Source: a virus
DNA length: 64,000 bases
Virus record (IMG/VR): IMGVR_UViG_3300042870_001823
Span: 1 to 64,000 of that record
Strand: one strand, 5' to 3'
Shown: one piece after another, positions 19,654 through 29,485 of the stretch
Layout: every line of letters starts with the position of its first letter
Numbering within the stretch: position 1 is the first letter of the stretch
Notes under the pieces: generated by a model
Database searches by the model: none
Seen by the model: the letters and a program-made list of their open reading frames with translations, nothing else
What the model was told of the DNA's origin: nothing
Made by a program: the position numbers and the translations under genes

Positions 19654-20572
19654 ACTGCTTCAATCCCCTTGTCGGTATAGGTCCACCTTGGAAAGTGTCA
19701 TTCATAACAGATCCATATTGATCTCTGCCAGGAAGATAAACTACAGCACCTGTTAATGGATAGATAACCGTACCAGTTAAAGGATCAAAGTTAAGGCCAG
19801 AAGCAGAAACCTTTTCACTTGGAAGTCCTTTTGGTATTACCGCACGCATGCCTGTTCTTGAAGCTGCAACTTCTTTTCTCAACGCAGCTGCGATCTGACA
19901 CCAGGTCACAGCATTGCCTCTATTGACACTTTGTCTTGGGTTGGTTCTATTTGTAATGCTTAAATCAGCCAACTTAAGGCTTAATTCATCGTCACCACCA
20001 TAGCCATAGCTTCTGCTTAATTCGCAACACGCAGAAGCTTTGATGTATTCAGATAAGGTAAAGTTAAGAGTAGAACCATCATCTAAGTCTTGCAGTTTAA
20101 ACATTTGCTTAATTTCTATAGAATAATGATGTATTAATTCTCCAACTTCCAATAAGGATGCATCTGGAAAAAAATACAATACTTCTTCAGGATCTAAATA
20201 TAAAGGTGATATGTCAGCTGCAAAAGATATAATTTCGTCAGCCTTAAGGGTTACGGAGGGTTTATATTTGCTATCGGTGTCATTAACGTACAGAACTTGT
20301 TTAACTATGATTGTACTAGAATCCTCTAGTAGCCCAACAAATTCTACAGTATATTTACCTGCAGTCGTTGGAGTAAACTCAATATAGTATTCATATCCGC
20401 TAACTTCAGTTAATGGATATGCAGCTGGATTAACCAAAGCATTTAGATAGTCTTTTACGGTTACTGTAACAGTTGCTGGACTTACATTAATTTGCTCTCC
20501 AGTAACTGGATTATTGTCTACAAATTTAACTTTAATTTGGACTTTGTCATTGACTAAGACGCTATTGCTCAT
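19646..20572 (-). CDS. head-tail adaptor-like protein with N-terminal Ig-like domain
   Basis: beta-rich N-terminus (YIEFTPTTAGKYTVEF); precedes the head-closure candidate. Confidence 0.45.
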   Translation of the reverse strand: MSNSVLVNDKVQIKVKFVDNNPVTGEQINVSPATVTVTVKDYLNALVNPAAYPLTEVSGYEYYIEFTPTTAGKYTVEFVGLLEDSSTIIVKQVLYVNDTDSKYKPSVTLKADEIISFAADISPLYLDPEEVLYFFPDASLLEVGELIHHYSIEIKQMFKLQDLDDGSTLNFTLSEYIKASACCELSRSYGYGGDDELSLKLADLSITNRTNPRQSVNRGNAVTWCQIAAALRKEVAASRTGMRAVIPKGLPSEKVSASGLNFDPLTGTVIYPLTGAVVYLPGRDQYGSVMNDTFQGGPIPTRGLKQYD

Positions 20573-20653
20573 GTTTTCTCCATTTATTGGCGATAAAAAT
20601 ATAGTACTGGCAGTTGTCTATTTATCTTAAGGTTGACTTTTAAGTAAGTAATT

Positions 20654-20906
20654 TTAATTAGATATTAAAATACTAGCTTCTGCAGTAGCTGATTTGACAG
20701 TCTGGATTGTGACATACCCAGCCGAAACAGAGTCTATAGTGATTACCCCAATAGTTGTGCTATTGCTGTAATCATTTACTCCACTGGTATATAGGTTTAA
20801 ATTATTTAAAATTAAAGGAATTGATATTCCGTGGAACTCTTATTTCTAAAGCGCCTAAATAATCAAAACTAGCTTGATTATAAGCTATTGCTTCATTGTA
20901 TAACAT
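20654..20906 (-). CDS. 83-aa hypothetical protein requiring +1 shift at CGG (20831)
   Basis: MLYNEAIAYNQASFDYLGALEIRVP-[c]GGA-ISIPLILNNLNLY..LISN*; span 253 nt = 84 codons + 1; not in ORF track. Confidence 0.65.
20828..20831 (-). other. CGGA +1 recoding site (codon 26)
   Basis: GTT CCA CGG A; zero frame stops within 9 codons, +1 frame open to 20654. Confidence 0.7.
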
Positions 20907-20978
20907 ATATTAAATTACCTAACCAAAAACAACTAACTATCATACTAGTAACTAATTTTAGGAACTTTGACTAGTTAA

Positions 20979-21785
20979 TTAAAGTGAGTAATCTTTTAGC
21001 GACTTCTTTTTTTGGTAGTCTTCTATTAGATTGGGCATCCAGACTTTGTAGCCGTTTTCTTGACCAACTACTTCTTCTTGCTCGAAAGAAGTCCCATAGC
21101 AAGCAATACTTAAATAAGCATATCTTTCACCCTTTTCAACTGGCAGGACTTCGTGTCTACCAATATAGGAAGAAGGGTATATTGCAACTGAACCAGACTT
21201 TGGTTTCCATACGGTAGAAATATTAGGGAAGTGGAGTTGCCCGCCGGTGTAGTTGTGGCCATTTAGTTCTTCTTCTGTTTCTACGCAGTCGTTTAAGTAC
21301 AGGTTAATGCTTGAACTGTTATGCATAGACACTTGATTGCCGGTTGGCTTACCCCATTCATATGGAACTTGATCATCGCAATGCTGACCTATTCCTTGGC
21401 CATTTTCATATCCTGCTATGTGACCATTGGGTCTCCACCAAGAAGTCGTTGCAGCATCTGGAAAGTAGCAACAATATTCAACTAGTGCATCATATATGGC
21501 ATTCTCTAGTGAATCAATAAAGTCTATATATTTTTGAGGGACTTCAATATCTAGCTGTTTACCCTTAGTGTCCAAGAATCTTTGAGGAGCTTTTTCTATA
21601 TCTGATAAGTTAAATTTAAAACCAGTTTTATTAGTAGCATACTTAACACCATCTTCTTCATGATAGGTGAATGTGTCTTCCTGATTCTTTCGAATCCAAC
21701 TCATGTATTCGAAAAGCAGGTTTTGATTTACGTCAATTACATTTTCTATTACAACTACGCCCATGCCAATATGTTCAGATTTCAT
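20979..21785 (-). CDS. 2OG-Fe(II) oxygenase, prolyl 4-hydroxylase-like
   Basis: HCD ... LYLND..GGQLHF ... HEV ... ERY (HxD..H..R). Confidence 0.85.
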   Translation of the reverse strand: MKSEHIGMGVVVIENVIDVNQNLLFEYMSWIRKNQEDTFTYHEEDGVKYATNKTGFKFNLSDIEKAPQRFLDTKGKQLDIEVPQKYIDFIDSLENAIYDALVEYCCYFPDAATTSWWRPNGHIAGYENGQGIGQHCDDQVPYEWGKPTGNQVSMHNSSSINLYLNDCVETEEELNGHNYTGGQLHFPNISTVWKPKSGSVAIYPSSYIGRHEVLPVEKGERYAYLSIACYGTSFEQEEVVGQENGYKVWMPNLIEDYQKKKSLKDYSL

Positions 21786-21793
21786 GATATTCC

Positions 21794-22675
21794 TTAGTAG
21801 TTAGATTTTGTTATATAAAATTGAGGAGAATCTTCTTTATAGCCAGACTCTAGTAGATGATTCTTTAAGTCGTCTCTTAAGGTTGGCATATATACATTAG
21901 TTGCTTTTTGGGATAATTCTGGATCCTTTAAAGGGTCAGCAACGTATTCGTGAACTGCTGGATTAGGAGTTCCTTGACTATACCATCCAAGGTAACTGTA
22001 CCTAAAGCCTCCTCTAACTGGCTTAACTTCATGTGCGGCCATGTAGTTGGAGGGAAAGAATATTATATCTCCTTTTTTGGGAGAATAATCTATGTCTAAA
22101 TAGTTAAAATAATGATGACCACCCATGTAGTTACTTCCATCTAATTCTTCTTCGTTGTCAACGGAATCGTTAAAATAAACCAAACTAGTAACTACATTTC
22201 TTAATGCCAATTGGTCTTGTGGTTCTAGAACTCCATAAATATAATCAGCACTAATATCTGAATGAGAACCAAGATAAACATCTTTTGGATATTGAAGAAT
22301 ATGACCTTTGACTTTCCACCATACGCACTTATAGGCTAAGGGGAATAATTCAAAATATTGAAGAAGACATTTGTCTTTTGATGATTCTATAAAAGAAAAA
22401 ATACTACGAAGATCATCATTGTCCTTGTAGTGAATTGCGCTTGCTCTCTTTGGCATTAAGTCAATACTGTGCTTATTGAAAAAGTAGCCACTTTTATTTA
22501 CATATATTTCTTCATTGGTTTCCGGATCAATTCCGGGAGAATACATTTCGCTCCACTCTTCTTGAATTAAATCGTCAGATCTGTTAAGTAAATTCTGCCA
22601 ATCTAAATCTAGACAACCTTCGAATACTACAACTCCACCACCTAGGTGTTTTGGTTCTACTTTATTGAATATCAT
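21794..22675 (-). CDS. 2OG-Fe(II) oxygenase, prolyl 4-hydroxylase-like
   Basis: HSD ... VYFND..GG ... HEV ... FRY. Confidence 0.85.
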   Translation of the reverse strand: MIFNKVEPKHLGGGVVVFEGCLDLDWQNLLNRSDDLIQEEWSEMYSPGIDPETNEEIYVNKSGYFFNKHSIDLMPKRASAIHYKDNDDLRSIFSFIESSKDKCLLQYFELFPLAYKCVWWKVKGHILQYPKDVYLGSHSDISADYIYGVLEPQDQLALRNVVTSLVYFNDSVDNEEELDGSNYMGGHHYFNYLDIDYSPKKGDIIFFPSNYMAAHEVKPVRGGFRYSYLGWYSQGTPNPAVHEYVADPLKDPELSQKATNVYMPTLRDDLKNHLLESGYKEDSPQFYITKSNY

Positions 22676-23589
22676 AATCTTCCAATTTCTTCATTAGTGT
22701 TATTGCTTGTCATTGGTCTTTTGGCAGCTTCTGTCAAGAGCGATAATATCTCTGGATCTGTGTTTGCGTGTCTTTTTTCTATTGCATTTAAATAGTCTTC
22801 AACTATATTTGGCATCCAAACCTGTCCGCTGTCCATTACGTCAGAAGGCATTCTTATATTTACACCTCTACTTTGGTCACTTGATCCCTGTGCAAAATAA
22901 CCAACATAAGCGTATCTTTCACCCTCTTTACACTCTAAAACTTTATGAGTTCCCAAATAATTAGAAGGAAACATTAACACGTCTCCTGCTTTTGGAGAAT
23001 ATGTAAAGTTTGCATAAGGGAAAACTATTTCACCACCTACGTAATCATTTTTATTTTTAATTTGATCAACAGAATCATTAAAGTATATAAGGCCACCTAA
23101 GACATTTCTTATGGCCAACTGTTGATCAGGCTCTGCTCCGGGTTGATAGTTTACATCGTTGTCACAATGTTTACCAAATCGTCCACCCTTACCATACGCT
23201 ACGATATGACCTTGTGTTCTCCACCACAGACAAGTTAGCATCATGGGGAATATCTCTACATATCTTAGCATACATGCGTACATTGCATCCTCGCAAGCCT
23301 TAAAGAAATCAAAGTACTCTTGGCCCAATCCCTCGTGCATGAAATTCATAATATGATTAGAGGCGATTTCAACATCTTCTAAACTATACCTATGGCCACT
23401 TCTATTGATTGCATATATGGGATTGCCTATATCATTATTAATAAAAGTAAAATCGTCCTTTAAAGCTTGTAGTCGTACGCTTTTAGTAAAATCTAAAATG
23501 TAATCATGATCATTCATTGGAAGTACATTCTTAAAAAGAACAATTCCCATATCATATATTTCTATATTTTCTTCTTTTATCTCAAACAC
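22672..23589 (-). CDS. 2OG-Fe(II) oxygenase, prolyl 4-hydroxylase-like
   Basis: HCD ... IYFND..GGEIVF ... HKV ... ERY. Confidence 0.85.
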   Translation of the reverse strand: MFEIKEENIEIYDMGIVLFKNVLPMNDHDYILDFTKSVRLQALKDDFTFINNDIGNPIYAINRSGHRYSLEDVEIASNHIMNFMHEGLGQEYFDFFKACEDAMYACMLRYVEIFPMMLTCLWWRTQGHIVAYGKGGRFGKHCDNDVNYQPGAEPDQQLAIRNVLGGLIYFNDSVDQIKNKNDYVGGEIVFPYANFTYSPKAGDVLMFPSNYLGTHKVLECKEGERYAYVGYFAQGSSDQSRGVNIRMPSDVMDSGQVWMPNIVEDYLNAIEKRHANTDPEILSLLTEAAKRPMTSNNTNEEIGRL

Positions 23590-24701
23590 TATACTGACCT
23601 AGGTTCCGTTCCGCATGGCCCTTCTGGTAGAGAGTCGTCTAACGGTTGCAATTCTTGCTGCTTGGCAACTTCGATGACGTCATGACTCTGCGAGTATTGT
23701 GTAACTTCTCTACCTTGATAAACTGGATTCCATCCAGCTTCTAAGCCAAATTCTCCTGCTCTCTTTTCCCATCTAGAATAAGGAGTTCTGCAATACATTT
23801 CATAATCATCATAGATGTTATTAAACCACACAGGAGGGCACCACTCAAAGCTTTCTGAAGGTTCAGATATTACTACATTTGCAGGTATGTCAGACGACCC
23901 CTGTCCAAAAAAGGTAAGGTATGAGTATCTAACTCCATTGCCCATTCTTCCCACATCGTGTGCTGCGATGTAGTTTGTTGGAAAGAATATGATGTCTCCC
24001 TTTTGAGGCTTATAGGACACTCCTAAGTGAACAAACCTTAGATGTCCACCAGTAAAGTTTTTACCATTTAATTGCTCTTCATCATCAACGCAATCGTTTA
24101 GATACACTAACGCTCCACACGTCTGCCTAGAAGCAACCATACCCTTAGGCATGTACCTAATGCCATTAGTTACTTTATAATTTGTGTCATTGTCAGCATG
24201 GCATCCTAGTATTCCACCATCACCATACCTAAGTACGTGACCTCTAGTCTTCCACCAAATGGACCCAATCATTAATGGATAATAATCTATGTATTTAATT
24301 AGACCTTTATATATTTGATCTTCTAAATAAATAAAGAAATCTTTTATTTCTTCTTCTGTATTAGGATTTACGGGATCCAATATTCTCACTGGAGCTGCAG
24401 GAACATCTTCCATTCTGTACTTGAATCCGTCTTCATTTATGCCGTATGTTACTCCGTCAATTTCTTTAAAGGACCATCTATTTTTGTGAGCTTCTTCAGC
24501 TCTTGAATCAATATGATCTAAAACTAAACTTTGATTTATTTTAAATGCATTTCGAATAACAACTATGCCAGGTGCTAATTCTTCTGCTTCAAAATCCGCT
24601 ATTTCTTTTATGGTTGCTTCGTCAAAATCAGGAGATACTGGATATGCAGTACTGCTCATTCTTGATTCATCTTTTTCAAAAAAAGAACTACTATCTTCCA
24701 T
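23589..24701 (-). CDS. 2OG-Fe(II) oxygenase, prolyl 4-hydroxylase-like
   Basis: HAD ... VYLND..GGHLRF ... HDV ... VRY. Confidence 0.85.
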   Translation of the reverse strand: MEDSSSFFEKDESRMSSTAYPVSPDFDEATIKEIADFEAEELAPGIVVIRNAFKINQSLVLDHIDSRAEEAHKNRWSFKEIDGVTYGINEDGFKYRMEDVPAAPVRILDPVNPNTEEEIKDFFIYLEDQIYKGLIKYIDYYPLMIGSIWWKTRGHVLRYGDGGILGCHADNDTNYKVTNGIRYMPKGMVASRQTCGALVYLNDCVDDEEQLNGKNFTGGHLRFVHLGVSYKPQKGDIIFFPTNYIAAHDVGRMGNGVRYSYLTFFGQGSSDIPANVVISEPSESFEWCPPVWFNNIYDDYEMYCRTPYSRWEKRAGEFGLEAGWNPVYQGREVTQYSQSHDVIEVAKQQELQPLDDSLPEGPCGTEPRSV

Positions 24702-25315
24702 TATCCTAACACCTCATCTATAGCTTCCCTAATTGTCCATCCTGCACCTTGTATTCTCGGTGTTTCGTCCAATGGCATATCTTGCCAGTTAAATCTTGAT
24801 ATCATAATTCCATCTCTACCTACTAAAAACTTTTCATAATTATGAGAAATTCTCGCCATTGCTTGCCCTTCTAAATTCTGTCCCTTCTTAGCTTCTTCTG
24901 TACCGTCTGCAGTAAAATCGGAATACGCTCTTTTGTCATATCCTTTAAGAAAAGAAAATATTTCATGTTCATTTTTTCCATTTACTTCAACTTTTTCAAA
25001 AATAGGAAAAGTTACAAAAGGATAATTTACTTTAATGAATTCAGATATTTCCTCATTACTTCCTGGATCCATTGAGCCAAACTGATTACAGGGAAATGCT
25101 AGGATAGAAAAACCTCTATCCTTAAATTTATCATGTACAGATTGCAATTGCCACAACTGCCTACTGGTTCTTGCGTACGACCAAAGCTTTGAGCATTGTG
25201 GCTCATATCCAAACTTACTGGCAATATTAACTACTAAAGTTACTTTGCCCTTGTATTCTGCAAGGTGGTTTTCTTTACCCATTATTGAGGAGGCAGTAAA
25301 ATTATACATACTCAT
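24701..25315 (-). CDS. glutathione peroxidase-family protein (atypical active site)
   Basis: YKGKVTLVVNIASK, ILAFPCNQFG, FPIFEKVEVNG, NYEKFLVGRDG. Confidence 0.85.
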   Translation of the reverse strand: MSMYNFTASSIMGKENHLAEYKGKVTLVVNIASKFGYEPQCSKLWSYARTSRQLWQLQSVHDKFKDRGFSILAFPCNQFGSMDPGSNEEISEFIKVNYPFVTFPIFEKVEVNGKNEHEIFSFLKGYDKRAYSDFTADGTEEAKKGQNLEGQAMARISHNYEKFLVGRDGIMISRFNWQDMPLDETPRIQGAGWTIREAIDEVLG

Positions 25316-25632
25316 TATCTCACCCCAACAAATAACGTTTCTAGATACTGGTCAACCTGCAATGTTCCAAACATTTTATCATTATCGATAACACTTGCCT
25401 GCAGGCTGACGGTAGCTTTTATCGGGAATTCTACTTCTAATGAACATTTGAATGTTCCGTCAATAAAAGATGTATTAGTCAGAGGCGCAATTCCTTTTTC
25501 ATGTGAGACTAAACCAGTTAGACTTTCATTGGAAGTATCTATACTTAAAGAGTATTTTTCTTTACCAAATGGAGTGTCTACGGTAATGCTCCAGTTCCCA
25601 TTTATATTTATTGGATTATTAGATTCAATCAT
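25315..25632 (-). CDS. hypothetical beta-rich protein
   Basis: 105-aa ORF translationally coupled to the GPx gene. Confidence 0.6.
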   Translation of the reverse strand: MIESNNPININGNWSITVDTPFGKEKYSLSIDTSNESLTGLVSHEKGIAPLTNTSFIDGTFKCSLEVEFPIKATVSLQASVIDNDKMFGTLQVDQYLETLFVGVR

Positions 25633-25658
25633 AACCCTAATTATAGCACATAGTTAAT

Positions 25659-26330
25659 TTATTCGTAGAAAAAACTGCCATTAGAAATAGCTATTGGAGG
25701 ATTATCTTTATGCCAAACATTTATAACCATAACTTGCCTTATGTTGGATTTGGCGGGGGTACTGCTATGTAGTCTGTGGCCGGCATCAAATATTATAAGT
25801 CTATTACCTTTGTAAGATATTCTTTCCCTATCTTCTTTTGGTGAAATATATTCTTTAATATTTTCTTTTTCTAAAGATTCTTTATTTCCATTTATGAAAG
25901 AATTTTTATGTATCTCCAAAAAACCACCATCTTCATTATCTACTCCATAATAGACACATCCGGTAATTGGACCTTGAAATATCTTATTTTCAAAATATAA
26001 AAAAGTATCTTCGTCAACATGAAGATCTATATACTGTCCAGGATTATATGTTCTTGTCCAGTATTCAAAACCTAAAATGTCTTCATTGGGCCATTCTAGA
26101 TTTTCTTCCCAAATTTTTTGTATTATTTTTTTCTTCAATGTATTTGCTGGACTTCTCCACCAACCATCCCAAAACATGAATGGCGAATAAGAACTAGAAG
26201 ATTCTTCGTGATACATCATCAAATGTGCTGCAATTTTTTCTTCGTTTCCCATTGAAGTAGGAAAAAAATTAGGGCTATTTAATAGTTCGTTATATAAATA
26301 ATTATCTAAATAATTGTCTTTAACTATCAT
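25659..26330 (-). CDS. 2OG-Fe(II) oxygenase
   Basis: EYWTR..LHVDED ... GGFLE ... NRLIIFD..LHSS ... IRQV. Confidence 0.8.
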   Translation of the reverse strand: MIVKDNYLDNYLYNELLNSPNFFPTSMGNEEKIAAHLMMYHEESSSSYSPFMFWDGWWRSPANTLKKKIIQKIWEENLEWPNEDILGFEYWTRTYNPGQYIDLHVDEDTFLYFENKIFQGPITGCVYYGVDNEDGGFLEIHKNSFINGNKESLEKENIKEYISPKEDRERISYKGNRLIIFDAGHRLHSSTPAKSNIRQVMVINVWHKDNPPIAISNGSFFYE

Positions 26331-26342
26331 ATTAATTTTATT

Positions 26343-27557
26343 TTAGTTTAAATCTTTTGACGTTTCTGTGAACTCTTGTTCTAGTTTGGTATACTCCGCA
26401 ACGTTTACTCTTTTTTGTTTATTTTTTACATATTCTTTTATTAAAGTTTGGTTTTCTAAATAAACGCTTTTTTTAATGACATCTACAATTGTATTGTTAC
26501 GTTCTTTATATCCTGGACCAGAATAATAAGCTATATCTAGCATTTCGATTGCGGTTACATTATCTAAATCTAATTTATTTTCTATACAGAAAGTATATAT
26601 TACTGTTTCAAAAAAAGACATTTCTTTTTGAATCATAGATTCTGGTATTTGTAATTGATCTGGATAATTTACATTTAAGGAACCAAGAGTTCTATATCTA
26701 AGTTTTGATATAAACCAATTCTTAAACTTTGAACCAACTTGTGAATTTTCTTCAATCGACTCTCTAGGATCTCCATTAGCACTAAAGAATAAAGCTAGAG
26801 AGGTGTCAGGTTGTCCATTGTTAATCTCTTCTATTGCATCAGCTGGGATAGCCCATTCATCGAATGCATTCTTACATTTTTCAGCAATCTGCTCATTGGA
26901 GCTCCATGGATCTTGAGCTAAAAGATTCCATTCATAAGCTAACTTCATTGCGTGGGGGAAGGTTTGAGCCATATTAACCCTACAAGGCCATTGTTTATAC
27001 AGGCTATCGTTTAATTCTATAAAATCAATTTTTACTATATAAATGTTAGACATTGAAGAAAGATATACAGTCCATCCTTCAATGTTTTCATCATTATAAT
27101 AAGATTTGTCGACTACATCGCCGGCGTCTTCTTTGTCTGATTCATAGAAAGCAACAGCTGCATAGCCGTCTAGATCACATCTTCTGGAGTCTTCTGTATA
27201 TGCAGGCCTATTTCCCAATATGTCATGGTAATCAGCTGCTGAATTCATTATATGAAATACTGATTTAGATTTATCGTAGTTATCTTCTAGGACATCTACT
27301 AAAAATTCATAGTTTTCGTAAAGAATATCTTCTGTATAATTTTGTGATACTAATCTATATACAAAATCTGTAAGCTTAAAATTTGCTTTAGTAAAAGCTA
27401 TCAAAGTCTTATTGCCTATATCATAAGTGTCATAGTTAGTATATTCTTGAAGTCCGGTTGGCAAAACCGTATTTAAGGTAAAGTCTTCTTTAACTCCGGT
27501 TACGGCATAGCACGCATAGTTAGAGGGGTCGTATTGCTCTATTGTTTTTTTTCCCAT
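26343..27557 (-). CDS. hypothetical protein (404 aa)
   Basis: Long acidic ORF in operon; no family recognised. Confidence 0.7.
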   Translation of the reverse strand: MGKKTIEQYDPSNYACYAVTGVKEDFTLNTVLPTGLQEYTNYDTYDIGNKTLIAFTKANFKLTDFVYRLVSQNYTEDILYENYEFLVDVLEDNYDKSKSVFHIMNSAADYHDILGNRPAYTEDSRRCDLDGYAAVAFYESDKEDAGDVVDKSYYNDENIEGWTVYLSSMSNIYIVKIDFIELNDSLYKQWPCRVNMAQTFPHAMKLAYEWNLLAQDPWSSNEQIAEKCKNAFDEWAIPADAIEEINNGQPDTSLALFFSANGDPRESIEENSQVGSKFKNWFISKLRYRTLGSLNVNYPDQLQIPESMIQKEMSFFETVIYTFCIENKLDLDNVTAIEMLDIAYYSGPGYKERNNTIVDVIKKSVYLENQTLIKEYVKNKQKRVNVAEYTKLEQEFTETSKDLN

Positions 27558-27567
27558 AAAGCCTCAA

Positions 27568-27789
27568 TTATGTATTGGAAATTTTATTATCAATTTCTTT
27601 TATTCTGTTTAGTATATCATAAATATCGTTTTGAGCAGTGCTGTTTTCCGCAGGTGTAAAGCTTTCTTCATCAAATTGCTCTGGATCTATTCCTAAAATT
27701 GACAATCTTAAAATTAAAGATTTTTCTAACTCAGATTTGACTAAACTATAAGCTTCTTTTATTTCCTCAGAAGATAAATTAAATTTCAT
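27568..27789 (-). CDS. small acidic helical protein (paralogue of 27792-28046)
   Basis: LGIDPEQFDEESF vs LAIDPATFDEDTF. Confidence 0.65.
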   Translation of the reverse strand: MKFNLSSEEIKEAYSLVKSELEKSLILRLSILGIDPEQFDEESFTPAENSTAQNDIYDILNRIKEIDNKISNT

Positions 27790-27791
27790 AT

Positions 27792-28046
27792 TTATGCTTC
27801 TAAAATTGATATTTCTTTTTGGATCATAGCCAAAGCATCTATGGATACCTTTAAGCGTTGATGTAGATCTATGGTAGTCAAGTCTGCAGGATCTATTGAA
27901 GAATCTTCTTCAAAAGTATCTTCGTCAAACGTTGCTGGATCAATTGCTAATTTTATAAGAATCTCATAAATATCTTTTTCATATTTTGGAATATTTTCTT
28001 CTAAAATTTCTATTTTTGTGATTTTATCTATATTATTAAAGATCAT
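27792..28046 (-). CDS. small acidic helical protein (paralogue of 27568-27789)
   Basis: Shared L.IDP..FDE..F motif; AAGGA RBS. Confidence 0.65.
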   Translation of the reverse strand: MIFNNIDKITKIEILEENIPKYEKDIYEILIKLAIDPATFDEDTFEEDSSIDPADLTTIDLHQRLKVSIDALAMIQKEISILEA

Positions 28047-28124
28047 AACCGTTCCTTTGAATTTTGGACATATGTTACCTATAGTACCAATTTTTTTATA
28101 GATTTACTATTTTAAGACAATATC

Positions 28125-28826
28125 TTAATTTGGCTCATTAAGCTTTAGGAGGCCATCATGCTTTGGGCCAATTTGATTCCCATTTTCGTCTAGGCCACTT
28201 CTAATCCCATTCATCCAAGTCCAAGGTTGCTCATGAAGCTTTTTCATTTTTGCGTCCCCGTATGATTGACGTTTAGCCATTAATTCTGGTTTATCCCAAA
28301 GATTTTCGACTACTACCTCTGTATTTTCTAAAAGATCATTCCTATAGACATTAAAAAACATAAATGGCATTCCGGCTTCAAATCTGACCGGTTCTCCAAT
28401 TTTAGTAATTTTCCAGTTCATATTAAATTCATCTGGCCACCAAGAACTTGGTATAGTGGCAGATAGGGGTGCTGCTCCATCTACGAAATAGTTTGGAGAT
28501 CCAGTTATCCAGGTGTCATATCCCTCTTCAGTATTAATGGCCCATCCTGTAGCAAAAGACATAATGCCGATTATGGAAGGAATTACAACAGGTCTACCAT
28601 CTAAGAATTCGCCTTCCAAGACTCTAGGAGTGGTATTGCCCCCATCCCATTGAACTACAACATCTTGCTGAAGGATTAATTCCCAGCCATTTACATTAGC
28701 TGCAGACATTGGCAAACACTTGTAAGCGTGCTTATTATAAGTCTCATCCATCCAATCTCGCTTAAGCCTAGACTGTTTTATCTTAGGTGGATTTTGATGA
28801 GTTTTAGTTAATGTTATTTTCGTCAT
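28125..28826 (-). CDS. DUF6065-like protein
   Basis: RDWMD..HAYKCLPMSAAN..GWEL..GSPN..F.MNWKIT..F..G.PF pattern recalled for this family. Confidence 0.6.
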   Translation of the reverse strand: MTKITLTKTHQNPPKIKQSRLKRDWMDETYNKHAYKCLPMSAANVNGWELILQQDVVVQWDGGNTTPRVLEGEFLDGRPVVIPSIIGIMSFATGWAINTEEGYDTWITGSPNYFVDGAAPLSATIPSSWWPDEFNMNWKITKIGEPVRFEAGMPFMFFNVYRNDLLENTEVVVENLWDKPELMAKRQSYGDAKMKKLHEQPWTWMNGIRSGLDENGNQIGPKHDGLLKLNEPN

Positions 28827-29484
28827 ATTCTTCTTGGATAAAATCTTCTATTGCTTTTTTGATATTCTTCAATGCCTCTTCTGGAGATACATCCCTATTG
28901 CCACTACTGTAAGCCATGTCCAATAAGTCTGAATTACAAAATCTAATGTATCTAGAACCATCTCTGGATACAATAAATTTTTCAAAATTTCCATGAATTA
29001 AATCACTAGTTTTTTGTAGTTCCTTAAAAAGTGGATGCATCTCACCTTTTGGTTCATAAAAATCAATGTCGGTTTTATCGTGTTCTTCTCTTAGTCTCTT
29101 GTAGGCTTCTTTGTCTTGGTTTGGGTCTAAAATATTGACCATTTCAGAAAATGGAAGATCTGTATTATAAAGATTTTTCATGTGATCTCTCATACTCTCA
29201 GCACTAGTGTTAGAGTCTGCAAATTCGCCGTAAGCGTCTTGGCAAAAATCTGTGCTTGGCATTGCTAGGACTTCAAAGCCTAAGTGCTTGTATTGATTAT
29301 ATATGTCTTGGATGATCGTGTACTGAGGAGAGTTTGCGCATTCCCCAGTTACATTAAATAACATAGAAACTTTTCCCTTAAGACTAGCTAAGATATTATC
29401 CTGCCCATTTATTGACTTAAGTGGAAAATCATATATGTTATTATCTACATATTCAACAAATGATTGCTGTAGATTGTCTTCCAC
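28804..29484 (-). CDS. glutathione peroxidase-family protein (divergent)
   Basis: LKGKVSMLFNVTGECANSPQY, GFEVLAMPSTDF, GNFEKFIVSRDG; start moved to GTG 29484, just after the upstream stop. Confidence 0.75.
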   Translation of the reverse strand: MEDNLQQSFVEYVDNNIYDFPLKSINGQDNILASLKGKVSMLFNVTGECANSPQYTIIQDIYNQYKHLGFEVLAMPSTDFCQDAYGEFADSNTSAESMRDHMKNLYNTDLPFSEMVNILDPNQDKEAYKRLREEHDKTDIDFYEPKGEMHPLFKELQKTSDLIHGNFEKFIVSRDGSRYIRFCNSDLLDMAYSSGNRDVSPEEALKNIKKAIEDFIQEEYDENNIN

Positions 29485-29485
29485 T

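Noticed and set aside
25200-25230. Selenocysteine in the GPx genes
   Set aside because: No in-frame TGA; the codons are TTT (Phe) in one gene and TGC (Cys) in the other.
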